Shown piece after piece: positions 63,682 through 64,000 of a stretch of DNA of 64,000 nucleotides. Source of the stretch: Pseudomonadota bacterium (GTDB lineage Bacteria > Pseudomonadota > Gammaproteobacteria > Steroidobacterales > Woeseiaceae); the NCBI GenBank assembly GCA_039821605.1, contig JBCBNV010000005.1, positions 280,849 to 344,848 on the forward strand, read 5' to 3'. The number at the start of each line of letters is the position of its first letter. The stretch's first letter is position 1. The translations under genes and the position numbers were made by a program. Under the pieces are notes generated by a model. The model made no database searches. It was not told the origin of the DNA and saw only the letters and a list, made by a program, of their open reading frames with translations.

Positions 63682-64000
63682 GAATCGACCACCTGGCTCA
63701 ACAGGGCGAGATCATCGAACACCGTGCGCTCGCTCGTGATGCGACCGGCGATACAACGCCAGTGCGAGACGCCCATGATGAACAGGGGTTTGCCAGTGGC
63801 AGCCGCACCGTACAACGGCGCCTCGTGCTCACCGGCGACAGTCCAGCGCACGGCAATGTCGACACCATTTGTCGACAGTGGCTGGTGCGCGACGTGGTCA
63901 ACGCTGACGGAGGGTCTGCCCAGGACCTCGCGCAGTGACGCGTAGTAGGCGAACAGCGCTTCGCGACCGGAGTGATGGTCGAACGGCGAGCGGTGCAGCA
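63678..64000 (-). CDS. SnoaL/NTF2-like protein, C-terminal part (5' end outside window)
   Basis: My own translation of the minus strand is open from 63681 to the window edge (107 codons): ...FDHHSGREALFAYYASLREVL...VRWTVAGEHEAPLYGAAATGKPLFIMGVSHWRCIAGRITSERTVFDDLALLSQVVDS. It is absent from the ORF track because its start lies outside the window. Confidence 0.55.
   Translation of the reverse strand, partial: LHRSPFDHHSGREALFAYYASLREVLGRPSVSVDHVAHQPLSTNGVDIAVRWTVAGEHEAPLYGAAATGKPLFIMGVSHWRCIAGRITSERTVFDDLALLSQVVDS

Overview
A 64-kb, densely coding, high-GC chromosomal segment. Spot counts of 60-nt lines give about 65-80% GC in most genes and about 52-57% in the alginate genes. Gene content looks like a marine gammaproteobacterium (Cellvibrionales/Alteromonadales-like), but the taxon is inference only. 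I support about 57 protein-coding genes, 2 pseudogene fragments, 6 intrinsic terminators and several candidate operators. By eye I found no rRNA, tRNA, CRISPR array, transposase or integrase. Modules in order: (1) 1-5.96 kb, purine scavenging. This holds a TonB-dependent receptor 3' end and two secreted NUP-family lipoproteins flanking an AzgA-type purine permease. A 1.2-kb rearrangement scar interrupts it: a truncated NUP stub, a 66-bp direct repeat, a low-GC orphan ORF, a duplicated terminator and a gutted S66/MccF-like peptidase gene. (2) 6.1-8.8 kb: a secreted low-complexity repeat protein, a DUF4124 protein, yhhQ and a small membrane-anchored protein. (3) 8.8-21.1 kb: a complete acetate-switch locus. 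It contains a DUF4212 + SSF symporter, CrbS-type hybrid kinase, acs-crbR, a porin-like barrel, and a cNMP/CBS/DUF294 nucleotidyltransferase coupled to a DEDDh exonuclease. (4) 21.4-28.7 kb: a BVMO-like monooxygenase, YdeP-like molybdoenzyme, LacI regulator, sugar-porter MFS and a minimal K+ channel. (5) 28.9-31.2 kb: a translationally coupled pair of unknown function (DUF6502-like protein + six-repeat acidic DUF5666 lipoprotein). (6) 31.2-39.9 kb: an orphan family-5 binding protein, REC-GGDEF-EAL protein, PAS/GAF kinase + receiver, DUF885 protein and an FKBP. (7) 39.9-54.2 kb: an alginate utilisation locus. It contains kdgF-MFS-SDR-eda-kdgK, a GntR regulator, PL17-like and PL6-like lyases, an unclassified lyase-like lipoprotein and a TonB-dependent receptor. 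AATTGGT/ACCAATT-type motifs recur in its promoters. (8) 54.2-64.0 kb: a LacI-controlled catabolic island of unknown substrate, unusually rich in SnoaL/NTF2-like proteins. The most interesting candidates for undescribed biology are module 8, the DUF294-exonuclease pair, the DUF6502-like/DUF5666 pair, the NUP-permease arrangement and the unclassified lyase-like lipoprotein. All family assignments come from motif recognition by eye; no searches were run.
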